From Pseudomonadota bacterium (lineage in GTDB: Bacteria > Bdellovibrionota_B > Oligoflexia > Silvanigrellales > Silvanigrellaceae), in contig JBDLRP010000039.1 in assembly GCA_039799905.1 (NCBI GenBank), positions 64,001 to 128,000 of the forward strand: 64,000 nt of DNA, in the 5' to 3' direction. Under the pieces are notes generated by a model. The model was not told where the DNA came from. It worked only from the letters and a program-made list of their open reading frames with translations, and ran no database searches. Shown here piece by piece: positions 37,067-49,449 of the stretch (position 1 is its first letter; each line of letters opens with the position of its first letter). Position numbers and translations under genes: made by a program.

Positions 37067-40000
37067 TTAATAAGAATTGAGTATTTTCCGGATAGTAAAC
37101 AACGACAACAACACGCTATCCCTGCCGCGAGTTTGAAATTTTATTGGAATCTCGGCCTCGAGTCTTAGGTATGCAGACGGTTCCTCGCCCCATGGCGCCG
37201 AGAACTCGGCCGCCAGTTCGAGCAAACGCGCGTGGTGGGGAATTTCTCTGATCAATTGTTTGGCCAGTTGTTTGGCCTCGCGGGTCTTTCCTTGGCGCAT
37301 CATCACCCAGACGCGGTCGGCACCCACAAATCCCAAGTCGTTCTTGCTCACAGCCAAGCGGCTTGCCTGCGCGACCGCCGCTTCTACGGCACTCACCTGA
37401 CCCAAAACTCGGTGAGCGCGGGCACTCAGTATCCAATATTGAATCTCGTTGCTGAGTTCAGGAAAACGGCGACGAGCATCTTCCAGAGCCACAATGTAGG
37501 TCTTCAAGGATTCTCGGTCATTAAGACCCGCGGCCACTTTGATTCCAAGAAATAACCATTCCACAAACAAATAAGGCATGCTGCTCATTCTTTGTGTGGC
37601 GTTGATAAACTGCCGCGTTTGTAGCTGGCCGAACTTTCCGCCGGCCTGCCTTTGCTCTTCGCTGAGATTAGGCCCGATCTGTTCGAGGATCATCGCGTGT
37701 GCGCCAATGTAGTCGCCCGCCTGGGCTGCCAGTTGTCCTTCAATCAGCCGCGCAATCGATGAAAATCCCCGCTCGGCGAACAATGGCGATAATCGTGCAC
37801 GCGTTTCTCGGGGTTCGCTCGCCTTTGCCTGCGAGATTGAGTTAAAAATCCAGGAGCTCATCGCCAAATCGGAATCCATGTCGGGCTCATCCGCCAGAAA
37901 AGTCATCATCGGAAACTCGTAGTGACGCATCATCAAATTCAAAAAGGCAGGAAGCATGTAGGAACCGATGTCCTGCCCGAATTTCTCCGGAGCAAGCCTG
38001 ACTTCAATGTTCTTCTTGCGAGTGTTGTCCAAGGCAGAAAGATAGGAAATGCGTTCCCTGTCGCCGATTTGCAAAAACTTTCGCGCGAACATCGCCGACA
38101 GCTGCAAGTTCCATTCCGTTGTCAAAAAAGGGCCCTTGTCAGCAAGATCGTCGGTAAAATTAACAAACACCTCGAGCGTTCGTTCATTGATCCGCGCTGC
38201 CACGGTGAGGAGTTTGAGCCATTCACGCCATTGGACGTTGGCACCGTTCATACGCAACTCAAGAGCGTCAATCACTGTGTTGGCGTCTTCCTCATTGCCC
38301 ATGACCAAATAACTTCTTGCCGCGTGCAAGCAGGTCTCCACTTCACTGCTCTTGGCCGGGTCGTTGCATGCCTGTCTGAACAGTATGTACGCCTTTTGGT
38401 AGGCGCCCACCTGCATATAGAAGCGTGCTGTTATCTCACGCAAAGCCGCCTTTTGAAGGGGATCTGTCTTGCCGAACTCCGCTGGCAGCGTTTTGATCAA
38501 TGAAAAAACACGGCGTGGCTGAGCCCTGTCCAGAGCCAGGCTCACTTCAATCAGCGGAATGAGCAATTTGTTGCTTTCCGAATATCGTGAGACGGGTCGG
38601 GTCAGAATGTTTTCAAGTTCGAGCGAATCATCATCCGGCTCACCCAATCCGTCCTCACCCTTTGAGTCCGACGACGCGTCACCGGCAACAGCCTGCATTT
38701 TCTTGTTTGTCCCCGCGGCAATGTTGGGCGAGGACTTTTCCTTGGCAGAAAGCTCTTTTTTGTCCTTGCCCGAAGGGGTGACCTGCGCGTCGGTTTTGCC
38801 GCCCTTGCCGGGTGCTTTTTTGTTCTCTTTCGAGTCTTTGCCAGACCGAGATTTTCCAGCGCCCGGTGTTTCCGATTGCGTCGGAGATGCGATTTCCGTG
38901 GACATACCCTGAGTCAAATCAACTTTGCTCATTCTCTTGGTGATCAAAAGAGCGATAAGCAACATTGCAAATATGGTCATCCCGAGCAGAATTCTCTGCT
39001 CTTTCGACAAACCACGTGCAGCAGCTGGCGCTGCAGACTTCCCGTCCATGCTTTGAACGAATGTCTGTCCTGCGTTTGTCTCGCCTGAGCCTCCGTCGTT
39101 TGGTTTACCCTTTGCTCCCTGACCTGCGGCGGGCTTTTTGCCAGCTGCCGCGCCTTTATCTTTGCCTTGTGCTGTACCGGCCTTGGTATTGCCGGCTTTC
39201 GTCTTTTCTTCCTTGCCCTCTGTAGCCTTACCGCCGGCTTGCGTTGACTCGCTCTTGCTATTTGCTCCACTCGCCTTTGCAGACGCAGCCGGCGAGATCA
39301 CTTCGGACATTTTTGAAGGTGCTGGCGATGGAGCCTGAGGTGGAGGAGAGGGAATCTGCGCGGCAGGTGGAGGGGCATACTGCGGAGCCACAAATAACGA
39401 CGAAGTATCAAGCGGCGCTTGAGCAGTGACTGCTGAATCCGGTGTTGCCACTGATGTCGCGATTGTCTTCTCATCTCCCGATCCAACAACGCCTTCGCCA
39501 ACCTGTGAGTTGAACGCTTTCGTCTCTTCGGTAATTTGAGTTTTATCTTCGGAGGCTACAAAAGCCGCGCCGGAAATCAACGTGCTGCCATCTGCCGGCA
39601 ACGCAAAAACTTCGCTCCCCGGTGAGGCAATCATGGTGTTTCTGTTATCATCGGGTGCGGTCTGAATACCGCGCAGAACTTCTGCAACGAACATATCCTG
39701 CAGACCCGCGCCACCTCCCAAGGATTCCGGAAGTGGCTCGTCGACCATCACCAGTGGCGAGGAGGCGCGTGTTGAATCAGTGCTCGCGACTCCATCATCC
39801 AAACGCAATCCATGATCGAATTGTGCAGAAACAAATTGTCCGGGTTGTCCAATCTCCAGCGCAGGAATGCTGTCGGAATCACCTACGGCAGTCGCCGGTG
39901 ATTCCTTTGATTCAACTTGTGCATTCTGCTGCTGAGCGGCTTGTTCTACAGAAAAATCTATTTCGAACGAGGGTGCGGAAGAATTCTTCTCATTTTCAGG

Positions 40001-40135
40001 CACGGCTTCCGAATCCCGTTCGTCCGCCTTTGGAGCGGAATCGGGCAACTGCCACGCGTTATATTTTTTATCGAAAACCCCACCCATCGGGTACAATCCC
40101 CGTAAAGCATTCTCGTACCTTTGGATTTTCGGCAA
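37067..40135 (-). CDS. Large single-pass membrane protein: low-complexity N-term, TM helix, C-terminal TPR-like helical domain
   Basis: 1022-aa ORF (start uncertain); TM ILLGMTIFAMLLIALLI; helical repeats such as ARFYMQVGAYQKA and ARAHRVLGQ. Confidence 0.7.
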   Translation of the reverse strand: MPKIQRYENALRGLYPMGGVFDKKYNAWQLPDSAPKADERDSEAVPENEKNSSAPSFEIDFSVEQAAQQQNAQVESKESPATAVGDSDSIPALEIGQPGQFVSAQFDHGLRLDDGVASTDSTRASSPLVMVDEPLPESLGGGAGLQDMFVAEVLRGIQTAPDDNRNTMIASPGSEVFALPADGSTLISGAAFVASEDKTQITEETKAFNSQVGEGVVGSGDEKTIATSVATPDSAVTAQAPLDTSSLFVAPQYAPPPAAQIPSPPPQAPSPAPSKMSEVISPAASAKASGANSKSESTQAGGKATEGKEEKTKAGNTKAGTAQGKDKGAAAGKKPAAGQGAKGKPNDGGSGETNAGQTFVQSMDGKSAAPAAARGLSKEQRILLGMTIFAMLLIALLITKRMSKVDLTQGMSTEIASPTQSETPGAGKSRSGKDSKENKKAPGKGGKTDAQVTPSGKDKKELSAKEKSSPNIAAGTNKKMQAVAGDASSDSKGEDGLGEPDDDSLELENILTRPVSRYSESNKLLIPLIEVSLALDRAQPRRVFSLIKTLPAEFGKTDPLQKAALREITARFYMQVGAYQKAYILFRQACNDPAKSSEVETCLHAARSYLVMGNEEDANTVIDALELRMNGANVQWREWLKLLTVAARINERTLEVFVNFTDDLADKGPFLTTEWNLQLSAMFARKFLQIGDRERISYLSALDNTRKKNIEVRLAPEKFGQDIGSYMLPAFLNLMMRHYEFPMMTFLADEPDMDSDLAMSSWIFNSISQAKASEPRETRARLSPLFAERGFSSIARLIEGQLAAQAGDYIGAHAMILEQIGPNLSEEQRQAGGKFGQLQTRQFINATQRMSSMPYLFVEWLFLGIKVAAGLNDRESLKTYIVALEDARRRFPELSNEIQYWILSARAHRVLGQVSAVEAAVAQASRLAVSKNDLGFVGADRVWVMMRQGKTREAKQLAKQLIREIPHHARLLELAAEFSAPWGEEPSAYLRLEAEIPIKFQTRGRDSVLLSLFTIRKILNSY

Positions 40136-40161
40136 AAACGAAGAAAAAATTGCGGAACGAT

Positions 40162-42628
<2,467 letters not shown>

Positions 42629-42632
<4 letters not shown>

Positions 42633-43831
42633 TTTTCAATAACAATTCTTTTCAAATGGGCACCCAAGCGCGCGCATATTTCGTATTGAATGGTCTGCGC
42701 CCAGCCGGCCAACATCTCGGCACTGACCGTCTCCTGTCCATCGCTTCCCAAGAGAGTCGCAACAACCGGACTGTCATCACCCGCGATGCCCGTCACGTCA
42801 ACCACGATATGATTCATCATCACTCTGCCGAGAACAGCGGCGCGGTGACCGTTGACCAAGACATGCGCACGTCCCGACAACAAACGCGGATATCCGTCAA
42901 AATAGCCGACCGGAAAAACAGCGATGCGGGTCGCGCGCTCACAGCGAAAAGAACAGCCGTAACCGACGTAAGCGCCGGCAGGCAGGTCCTTGATTATCTG
43001 TGACCTGCATCTCCAACTCAGCACCGGTAGTAGTCGGGGTAATTCGGGATGAACAATCCGCGCCGACAAACGGGTTTCGGCCGACGGCCAGAAGCCGTAA
43101 AGGGAAATTCCCACACGCACCGAATCGCAGCGGGCATCGGGAAGAATCAGCGTTGCGGCACTTGCCGCGATATGCCGCTCCAGATTTGTGCCTTGAGTGC
43201 CCAAAAGCTGCCCGACTTCGCGGATTCCATCGGCGAAATTGCGCAGCTGAGTTTCGGCATACTGCTGTTCGGTGACGTCCTCGGTGTTGGCAAAATGCGA
43301 CAGCACGCCACGCAAAAGAAAGGGCGAGTCGGGAGACGACAGAAATGCGAGTTTTGCGGCAATTTCACTCGGGAAAAAACCTTCACGCGAAAGACCAGTC
43401 TCGATGTGAACGTGAGCTGTTGCACGCAGCCCGCGCGAACGGAGTGCCGCTGCCGCGGCCGGCACACCGTCATCCGCTAAAGTGACCTCCACGCCGGCCT
43501 CGGCCAACCGCACGTACTCGTCGGGCTCCGTCGCCCCAATCACCAAAAGCCTGCGCTGCGGCCAAGCCCGCTCGGACTCCATTTTGCGAATTTCCAATGC
43601 GTCATTTGGAGAAATCAAATGAATCATATCAACAAGTGGGTGCACTACCGGCAAGATTTCCAGCAGACCGTGTCCGTACGCGTTGGCCTTAAGCACAACG
43701 CCCAATGCCGGCTCGGGAGTTCCACCTGCATGGGCAGACTTTTTCAATAAGCCCCTGAAAATTTGAATATTAGTGCGGAGCGCTTGAGCATCTAGCTCAA
43801 TCCAAGAAGAGTGCATTGACGCGCTGCTCAT
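42629..43831 (-). CDS. alr: Alanine racemase
   Basis: VLKANAYGHG (PLP Lys), ETGL.REG, SHFA, RVGI.LYG, VGYG, GYFDG, GRVMMN and TIQYE motifs. Confidence 0.93.
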
Positions 43832-44030
43832 TTTTGCCTCCTGCCTGCCTACCGCCGGTAGGCTGCTTCAATCCTGCCAGAAATTTCAGAGATATGCGTG
43901 TCCTGCGTCTGATACGTACCATTGAGTCAAAGACACGCCAGCCCACTTGGGATGGAAGCTGCAATCCCTTAGACTCATAGAAATGGAGTCTGCGTCCATG
44001 TGCAGTGCTCCCGAGGAGATACACCGGCCG

Positions 44031-44762
44031 ATGAGGCAAACTGTTTGCTACAGCCGCGAACGCCAGACTTTGCTGCGTGCCCTGATTTATTCGGGATGCG
44101 CGCTCGCTGTCTTTTTCAGTTCGCATGTCTTGGCGAACGGCAAAGCCTCGAAAAGCCTACAGCTGGTTGGCGCGATTGTCAGTGCCCGCGGCGGCGTCGC
44201 ACTTGTAAAGAACAGGGACACGTCGGAAGTGAAGGCGTTCAAAACCGGTGAAGACGTCTATCGCATGGGCACCCTTCTGAGCGTCGACCGCGCTCAGATG
44301 ATTCTCGTCGAAAACGACGGCCAGATGACGATGATTTCCAACAAGCTCGGCGGCATGTCGGCGAGTCAGGGCCCGCGTGTCGCAAAGGTGATTGTCTCAA
44401 ATGCGGACCGCCATATCGAAGACGGCTTTCAGCGTGTCGGAACCCGTATCGAAGTCGACGGCAGGTACCGGGACAGGCTCATCCGCGAGGAGTTGCCCAA
44501 CATCCTGATGCAGGCGTCGAGCGAACCCGTGGTGGTCAACGGTGAGATCACCGGTTTTCGAATCTTCCAGTTTGACCAGAATTCAATCTTCCACAAACTA
44601 GGCTTGCAAGACGGCGATGTTGTTCGTGAAATCAATGGCATCCCGCTCAACAACGTGGCCCGAACCATCCAGTTTCTCAACGGCCTGCGCGAAGAAAACA
44701 ATGTGCAGGTCAACATCATGCGCAACGGATCACCGGTGACCATGGAGCTCAACGTACGGTAA
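44031..44762 (+). CDS. gspC: Type II secretion GspC-like protein with C-terminal PDZ domain
   Basis: L.LVG.I HR-domain pattern; GFRI, SIF.KLGLQDGDVV..INGIPL and IMRNG PDZ motifs. Confidence 0.75.
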   Translation: MRQTVCYSRERQTLLRALIYSGCALAVFFSSHVLANGKASKSLQLVGAIVSARGGVALVKNRDTSEVKAFKTGEDVYRMGTLLSVDRAQMILVENDGQMTMISNKLGGMSASQGPRVAKVIVSNADRHIEDGFQRVGTRIEVDGRYRDRLIREELPNILMQASSEPVVVNGEITGFRIFQFDQNSIFHKLGLQDGDVVREINGIPLNNVARTIQFLNGLREENNVQVNIMRNGSPVTMELNVR

Positions 44763-44782
44763 TCCTTCCTCTCAAGAAGTGG

Positions 44783-44811
44783 TTGACACCTGATCTCTCT
44801 TCGTCTATCAC
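44783..44811 (+). promoter_or_regulatory. Sigma-70 promoter candidate for rpmF
   Basis: TTGACA-N17-TATCAC. Confidence 0.6.
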
Positions 44812-44905
44812 CCCCCTTGCTTAAGAGTCCGGGCGCGTCGGGAAGGTTTTGTTTGGAGCTCCAAACCCCAGTGAAGACGCCCCTTATCGTTATCGAGGTT
44901 GTACC

Positions 44906-45112
44906 ATGGCAGTGCCAAAGAAACGCGTCTCTAAATCTATTCGTAACATGCGCCGCGCTCACGATGCCCTCACGGCATTGAACTTCTCCAAGTGCTCAAA
45001 CTGCGGTTCGCCCCGTTTGCCGCACTCTGTTTGCGAAAGCTGCGGCTTCTACAAGGGCCGTTTTGTGGCTCAGCGCTACCTGAAAGCAGACCTCTCCGCG
45101 GCTCTCCGCTAA
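44906..45112 (+). CDS. rpmF: 50S ribosomal protein L32
   Basis: [15 protein letters not shown] followed by CxxC...H.VCxxCG.YKG (zinc-binding form). Confidence 0.95.
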   Translation: MAVPKKRVSKSIRNMRRAHDALTALNFSKCSNCGSPRLPHSVCESCGFYKGRFVAQRYLKADLSAALR

Positions 45113-45135
45113 AAGAGCATCCTGCTTTTCTTCAA

Positions 45136-45170
45136 AGAGCTCGGTCAGGACTGACCGGGCTTTTTGTGTT
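45136..45170 (+). terminator. Intrinsic terminator after rpmF
   Basis: GCTCGGTCAG-GA-CTGACCGGGC followed by TTTTTGTGTTT. Confidence 0.75.
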
Positions 45171-45215
45171 TGATTTAAAACGAACTCAGTGACGGCCTAC
45201 GGGAGAGACTCATTC

Positions 45216-46508
45216 ATGACGCTCCAGCTCACGAAATCTGCAAACATCTCTCCCTTCGCCGGCCATTTTCAGCATCACTACCTCAAAACCGAACCCACGG
45301 AAGACATCCGTTTCGGTGGAGTTGGATTGCAAGGCGACTTGATTTACCTCGACCACGCCGCAGCAACTCCCATCGACGGCCGCGTCTTTGCGAAAATGCT
45401 GCCGTGGCTGACACAGGTTTATGGCAATCCCGCAAACCGTCTTCACCGCATGGGAGAACTCGCCGAACATGGACTTGCGCAGTCGCGACAAACAATCGCC
45501 GATGCCCTCGGCGTTTCGTTTGAAGAAGTGATTTTTTGCGCTTCCGCAACCGAGGCCAACAACCTGCTGCTGCGCGGACTTGTGCAAAATCCGCTGCGAA
45601 AAAGAAATAAAATTGTGGTCGCTGCGACTGAACATTCTTCGATTCTGACAACCGCACACGAACTTGCGGGCAACGGAATCGAAGTTGTCGTGCTGCCTGT
45701 CGACGCGCACGGACAAATCGATCGCGAGATAGCGTCCGAAAGTATCGACCAGAACACGCTTTGTGTTTGTGTAATGGACGTGAACAACGAAACAGGAATC
45801 ATTCAAAAACATTTAAATGAAATAACCGCTCTGGCACACAAGCACGGCGCCCTTGTCCACAGCGATGCCGTCCAGGGCTTCGCACGCGGAAACTTTCACG
45901 CGACTCACCACGATTTCGACACAGCAACAATTTCTGCTGCAAAAATCTATGGGGGCCGCGGCGCAGCGGCTCTCATCATTCGAAAACGAACACCGCGCAT
46001 CCGACTTGCCCCCCAACTCACGGGCGGCGGCCACGAATTCGGCCTACGCTCGGGCACCCCCAATCTTGCGGCAATCGTCGGTTTGGCTGAGGCTGTGCGG
46101 CTACAAATTGCGGAACGGTCCGAACGTTCAAAATATCTTGCACATCTCGAATCCATTTTTCTTTCAGCTCTTGCGGGACGCATTCAATTCAGCAGCAGCG
46201 GTACCGGCACCAAGACCGGACAGAAAGTGGCGGGAATCGTCATGCTTCATATTCCCAACGTGAATGCGATGAAGCTGATTGAAAACATGAAACGTGTTTG
46301 CGTCAGTGCCGGAAGTGCCTGCCGCACCCTGCAAGCCACGACGAGCCACGTGCTGACGGCCATGGGTTGCGATGACGATGTCGCTCTTGCAAGCTTTCGA
46401 GTCTCGATTGGCCTGACGAATACCGAGGCAGAAATGCACCATGCGGCCGAGATTATTGCGACCATGGCTGCTGAACTGCAAAAATCATCCGCCAATCTCC
46501 CTCTCTGA
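45216..46508 (+). CDS. Cysteine desulfurase, group I (IscS/NifS-like)
   Basis: YLD.AA.TP, GNP, ATEANN, EHSS, NNETG, DAVQ, SAAKIYG, RSGT.N and GSAC motifs. Confidence 0.88.
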   Translation: MTLQLTKSANISPFAGHFQHHYLKTEPTEDIRFGGVGLQGDLIYLDHAAATPIDGRVFAKMLPWLTQVYGNPANRLHRMGELAEHGLAQSRQTIADALGVSFEEVIFCASATEANNLLLRGLVQNPLRKRNKIVVAATEHSSILTTAHELAGNGIEVVVLPVDAHGQIDREIASESIDQNTLCVCVMDVNNETGIIQKHLNEITALAHKHGALVHSDAVQGFARGNFHATHHDFDTATISAAKIYGGRGAAALIIRKRTPRIRLAPQLTGGGHEFGLRSGTPNLAAIVGLAEAVRLQIAERSERSKYLAHLESIFLSALAGRIQFSSSGTGTKTGQKVAGIVMLHIPNVNAMKLIENMKRVCVSAGSACRTLQATTSHVLTAMGCDDDVALASFRVSIGLTNTEAEMHHAAEIIATMAAELQKSSANLPL

Positions 46509-46613
46509 CTTGATTTTGACCCTGAACGGGCACCGATTCGTGGTAGTTTTTTTGCGATGGCATTAAGAGTGCGATGTTCGTCGTGCACTCAAACCTTCGG
46601 CAGAGGACTGACA

Positions 46614-47966
46614 ATGAACACGGATCTCGAGGTACTCATCATCGGCGGTGGCTGTCATGGTGTCGGGGTTCTCCATGATTTGGCATCTCGCCGTATCGGC
46701 GGGGTGCATTTAGTTGAAGAAAAGACTCTCTCCAGCGGCAGCTCAAGCCGTTCAACAAAACTGGTTCACGGCGGATTGCGTTACCTTGAACATCTCAAAC
46801 AATGGCCGCTTGTCAGCGAGGCACTCTCGGAACGTGCACTTCTTTTGCGGGTTCTCAAGGGACTGGTTCAGCCTCTTCCGTTTGTGCTTCCAGCGTTCAA
46901 ATCGGACAGGCCCGCTTGGATGCTCAGGGCCGGACTGTTCATCTACGATTCCATGGCGGGAAGCGGAGGACTGCCCACATCGCGCAGCCTGACTTCCGAA
47001 GAGATGTTTGAAGCCGCGCCATACTTAAAGAAATCACGCATGATTGAGCAGACAAATGGTGCTTTTCTTTATTACGACGCACAAATGCTCGATGACGTCA
47101 TCGTGCGGATCGCAGCAGCAGCAGCCGTAAAAATGGGTGGCACTTTTGAGGAAAACACAAACGTAACCTCCGTCGAAAAACTTTCCGGCCAACAGGGCTT
47201 TCGCGTCAAAATCCGCAACGCGCAAGGAACAAGGGAAGTGACAACCCGCAGCATCGTTCATGCCGCGGGTGCTTGGAACAATGCCAATCTCATTCGCTGG
47301 GGAATCACGCCGCGGATCCGCTGTCTGCTCAATCAGGGAAGCCATATCATTTTCAAAACCGATGCTGTGAATGCGAGCCCTTCTCAATCGGCCGCGTGCC
47401 TTCTGCAAAACAAAGATGGCCGGGTGGTATTTTTTATTCCATGGAACGGCTCATGGCTGCTCGGGACGACCGAATCGGTTCTGCCGGCACGCGATCCGCG
47501 CCGGCTAGTTCCCACGGCTGAAGAAGTTTCGTATTTGCTCGATGCTGCAAACTTGAATCTGGACATCAAAACTGAAAACGAATTTATCAGCGAAATGTTT
47601 GCCGGAGTTCGCACAATGCCGATCCTCGACAAACATGCTGCGTTCCATCGGCCGCTCGAAAAAAGTGAATGGCTTGAGAATCCATTTTCTTCGCCCGCAT
47701 ATCTGCAGAGCAACGAGGGACTCAATATTTCTGCACTCTCACGCGAGACGATCATCGACGAAACCTTGCCCGACTTTTATTCTATTTACGGCGGAAAATA
47801 CACCACTTACCGCGCTGAATGCGAAAAACTCGGAAATAAAATTGCTCGCTCGCTCGGCCGTGGAGCGAAATCCGCGACCTGTACTTCAGATGCGTGGTTC
47901 ATTCGGGAACTCCTGCAGGAGTCTCCGGATATGTTCAAATCCTCACGCGAGACTCGGGCAATCTGA
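46614..47966 (+). CDS. glpD: FAD-dependent glycerol-3-phosphate dehydrogenase/oxidase
   Basis: IIGGG..G.G, SSRSTKLVHGGLRYLE, GSHI, DGRV.F.IPW and GGKYTTYR motifs. Confidence 0.85.
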   Translation: MNTDLEVLIIGGGCHGVGVLHDLASRRIGGVHLVEEKTLSSGSSSRSTKLVHGGLRYLEHLKQWPLVSEALSERALLLRVLKGLVQPLPFVLPAFKSDRPAWMLRAGLFIYDSMAGSGGLPTSRSLTSEEMFEAAPYLKKSRMIEQTNGAFLYYDAQMLDDVIVRIAAAAAVKMGGTFEENTNVTSVEKLSGQQGFRVKIRNAQGTREVTTRSIVHAAGAWNNANLIRWGITPRIRCLLNQGSHIIFKTDAVNASPSQSAACLLQNKDGRVVFFIPWNGSWLLGTTESVLPARDPRRLVPTAEEVSYLLDAANLNLDIKTENEFISEMFAGVRTMPILDKHAAFHRPLEKSEWLENPFSSPAYLQSNEGLNISALSRETIIDETLPDFYSIYGGKYTTYRAECEKLGNKIARSLGRGAKSATCTSDAWFIRELLQESPDMFKSSRETRAI

Positions 47967-48883
47967 TGACTGGCGGACAGCTTCGCGCAGCCGGCAATTC
48001 CGGTCCAATGTATGCAATCGCCGCCTATGCGACATGGGGATTTGTTCCTCTGTATTGGCGCGAGCTGCGACACATCCCGCCGCTGCAGATTCTTGCTCAC
48101 CGTATTGTCTGGTCGATATTCTTCTTCACAGTACTCTTCTTCCTGCGAAGAAATCTGACTCAATGGTTGTCATTTGCAAGACAAGCAGACACTCTCAAAA
48201 AAAGTCTGCCAAGTGCAATCGCAATCGGTATCAACTGGGGCCTATATATTTACGCCGTCAATTCCGGACACGCACTTGAGTCGAGCCTTGGTTATTTCAT
48301 CAATCCGATTTTCAACGTGCTGATTGGCGCCGTCTTCTTCAAGGAAACTCTGACACGCGCCCAATGGACCGCATTTGCATTTGCCGCCAGCGGCGTGGCC
48401 GTAATGACGTTCGCCGCAGGGAAGGTGCCATGGATCGCACTTTCGCTTGCAGGCACATTCAGTCTTTATGGAGTACTGCGAAAAAAGACTGGTCTGAGTG
48501 GAACTGGCGGAACAGCTGTTGAGAGTGTCCTGTTGATTCCGCTGGCTGCGACGCTTCTTTTCTCTCCGCAGCTCGCACCGGTTGATGTCATAAACCTTCC
48601 GGCCGGCAGCAATGTGATGACTTTGTTGCTGTTGTCGCTGGGAGGTGCACTCACAGCGCTCCCCTTGGTCTGGTTTGCTGAAGCGGCACAACGGATGCCG
48701 CTGAGCGTTCTCGGCTTCTATCAGTACATTTCGCCAACTTTTCAATTCCTGATTGCGGTTTTTATCTTCAAAGAGAGTTTTGATGAAAAGAAGTTATTCG
48801 CATTTCTTTTGATCTGGTCGGGGCTCGCAATCTTCGTTTTTGACTCTTTGAAGCGGTTGCGGATGGTTCAGCCGGCTGGCTAA
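47966..48883 (+). CDS. rarD: EamA-family transporter RarD
   Basis: WG..PLYW, LAHRI.WS, NW..YIYAV, SLGYFINP and G..QYISPT motifs; TGATG overlap with glpD. Confidence 0.9.
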   Translation: MTGGQLRAAGNSGPMYAIAAYATWGFVPLYWRELRHIPPLQILAHRIVWSIFFFTVLFFLRRNLTQWLSFARQADTLKKSLPSAIAIGINWGLYIYAVNSGHALESSLGYFINPIFNVLIGAVFFKETLTRAQWTAFAFAASGVAVMTFAAGKVPWIALSLAGTFSLYGVLRKKTGLSGTGGTAVESVLLIPLAATLLFSPQLAPVDVINLPAGSNVMTLLLLSLGGALTALPLVWFAEAAQRMPLSVLGFYQYISPTFQFLIAVFIFKESFDEKKLFAFLLIWSGLAIFVFDSLKRLRMVQPAG

Positions 48884-48884
48884 T

Positions 48885-49433
48885 TCAGCCAAAGCGTTGT
48901 TCGAGAATTTCGACCTGCTCGCGAAGACGGTCTATCTCTTTCGAAAGTGTCCGCAACTCCCTGAACGACTCGAGTGTTTTCCAAAGGCTGCTCACGGCCG
49001 AGGAAACATTCATTTGCACCAGCCGCGGATTTTCGCTCGATGTAAAGATAAAATTGACCGGCAGGGCATTGTCAAAGAATTGATCCAGCCGTTCGAGCCA
49101 GGCCACCGTAGTGAGAGTCTCTTCGCGGGCGATCGTCGAATTGCCCGAATTCTGAATCAGCAGAAGAATACCGAGAAACTGGCTCAGCGGCATCCTGCGT
49201 TCCAGCTCTGCCAGCAGCTTCTGAACGTCTCGCTGGGCGTTCTTGAGCGACATCGGCAGAATCATCACCACCGGCGCACCTACATGAGGCAAAGAATCAA
49301 GCACGCTGATCCATTCCTCATTCTCGATCATACGCAATCCAGGGACATCACGGATGGCGCGCTCAATGAGGTCCTGCTCGGCCAGTGGCCGAGCCTCAAA
49401 TTCTTCAGATCTGACCAAAACACACATTGACAC
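48885..49433 (-). CDS. Hypothetical alpha/beta protein with C-terminal coiled coil
   Basis: GTG start after GGAG; C-terminal ELRTLSKEIDRLREQVEILEQ. Confidence 0.6.
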   Translation of the reverse strand: MSMCVLVRSEEFEARPLAEQDLIERAIRDVPGLRMIENEEWISVLDSLPHVGAPVVMILPMSLKNAQRDVQKLLAELERRMPLSQFLGILLLIQNSGNSTIAREETLTTVAWLERLDQFFDNALPVNFIFTSSENPRLVQMNVSSAVSSLWKTLESFRELRTLSKEIDRLREQVEILEQRFG

Positions 49434-49449
49434 GTTGAATTTCTCCGGC

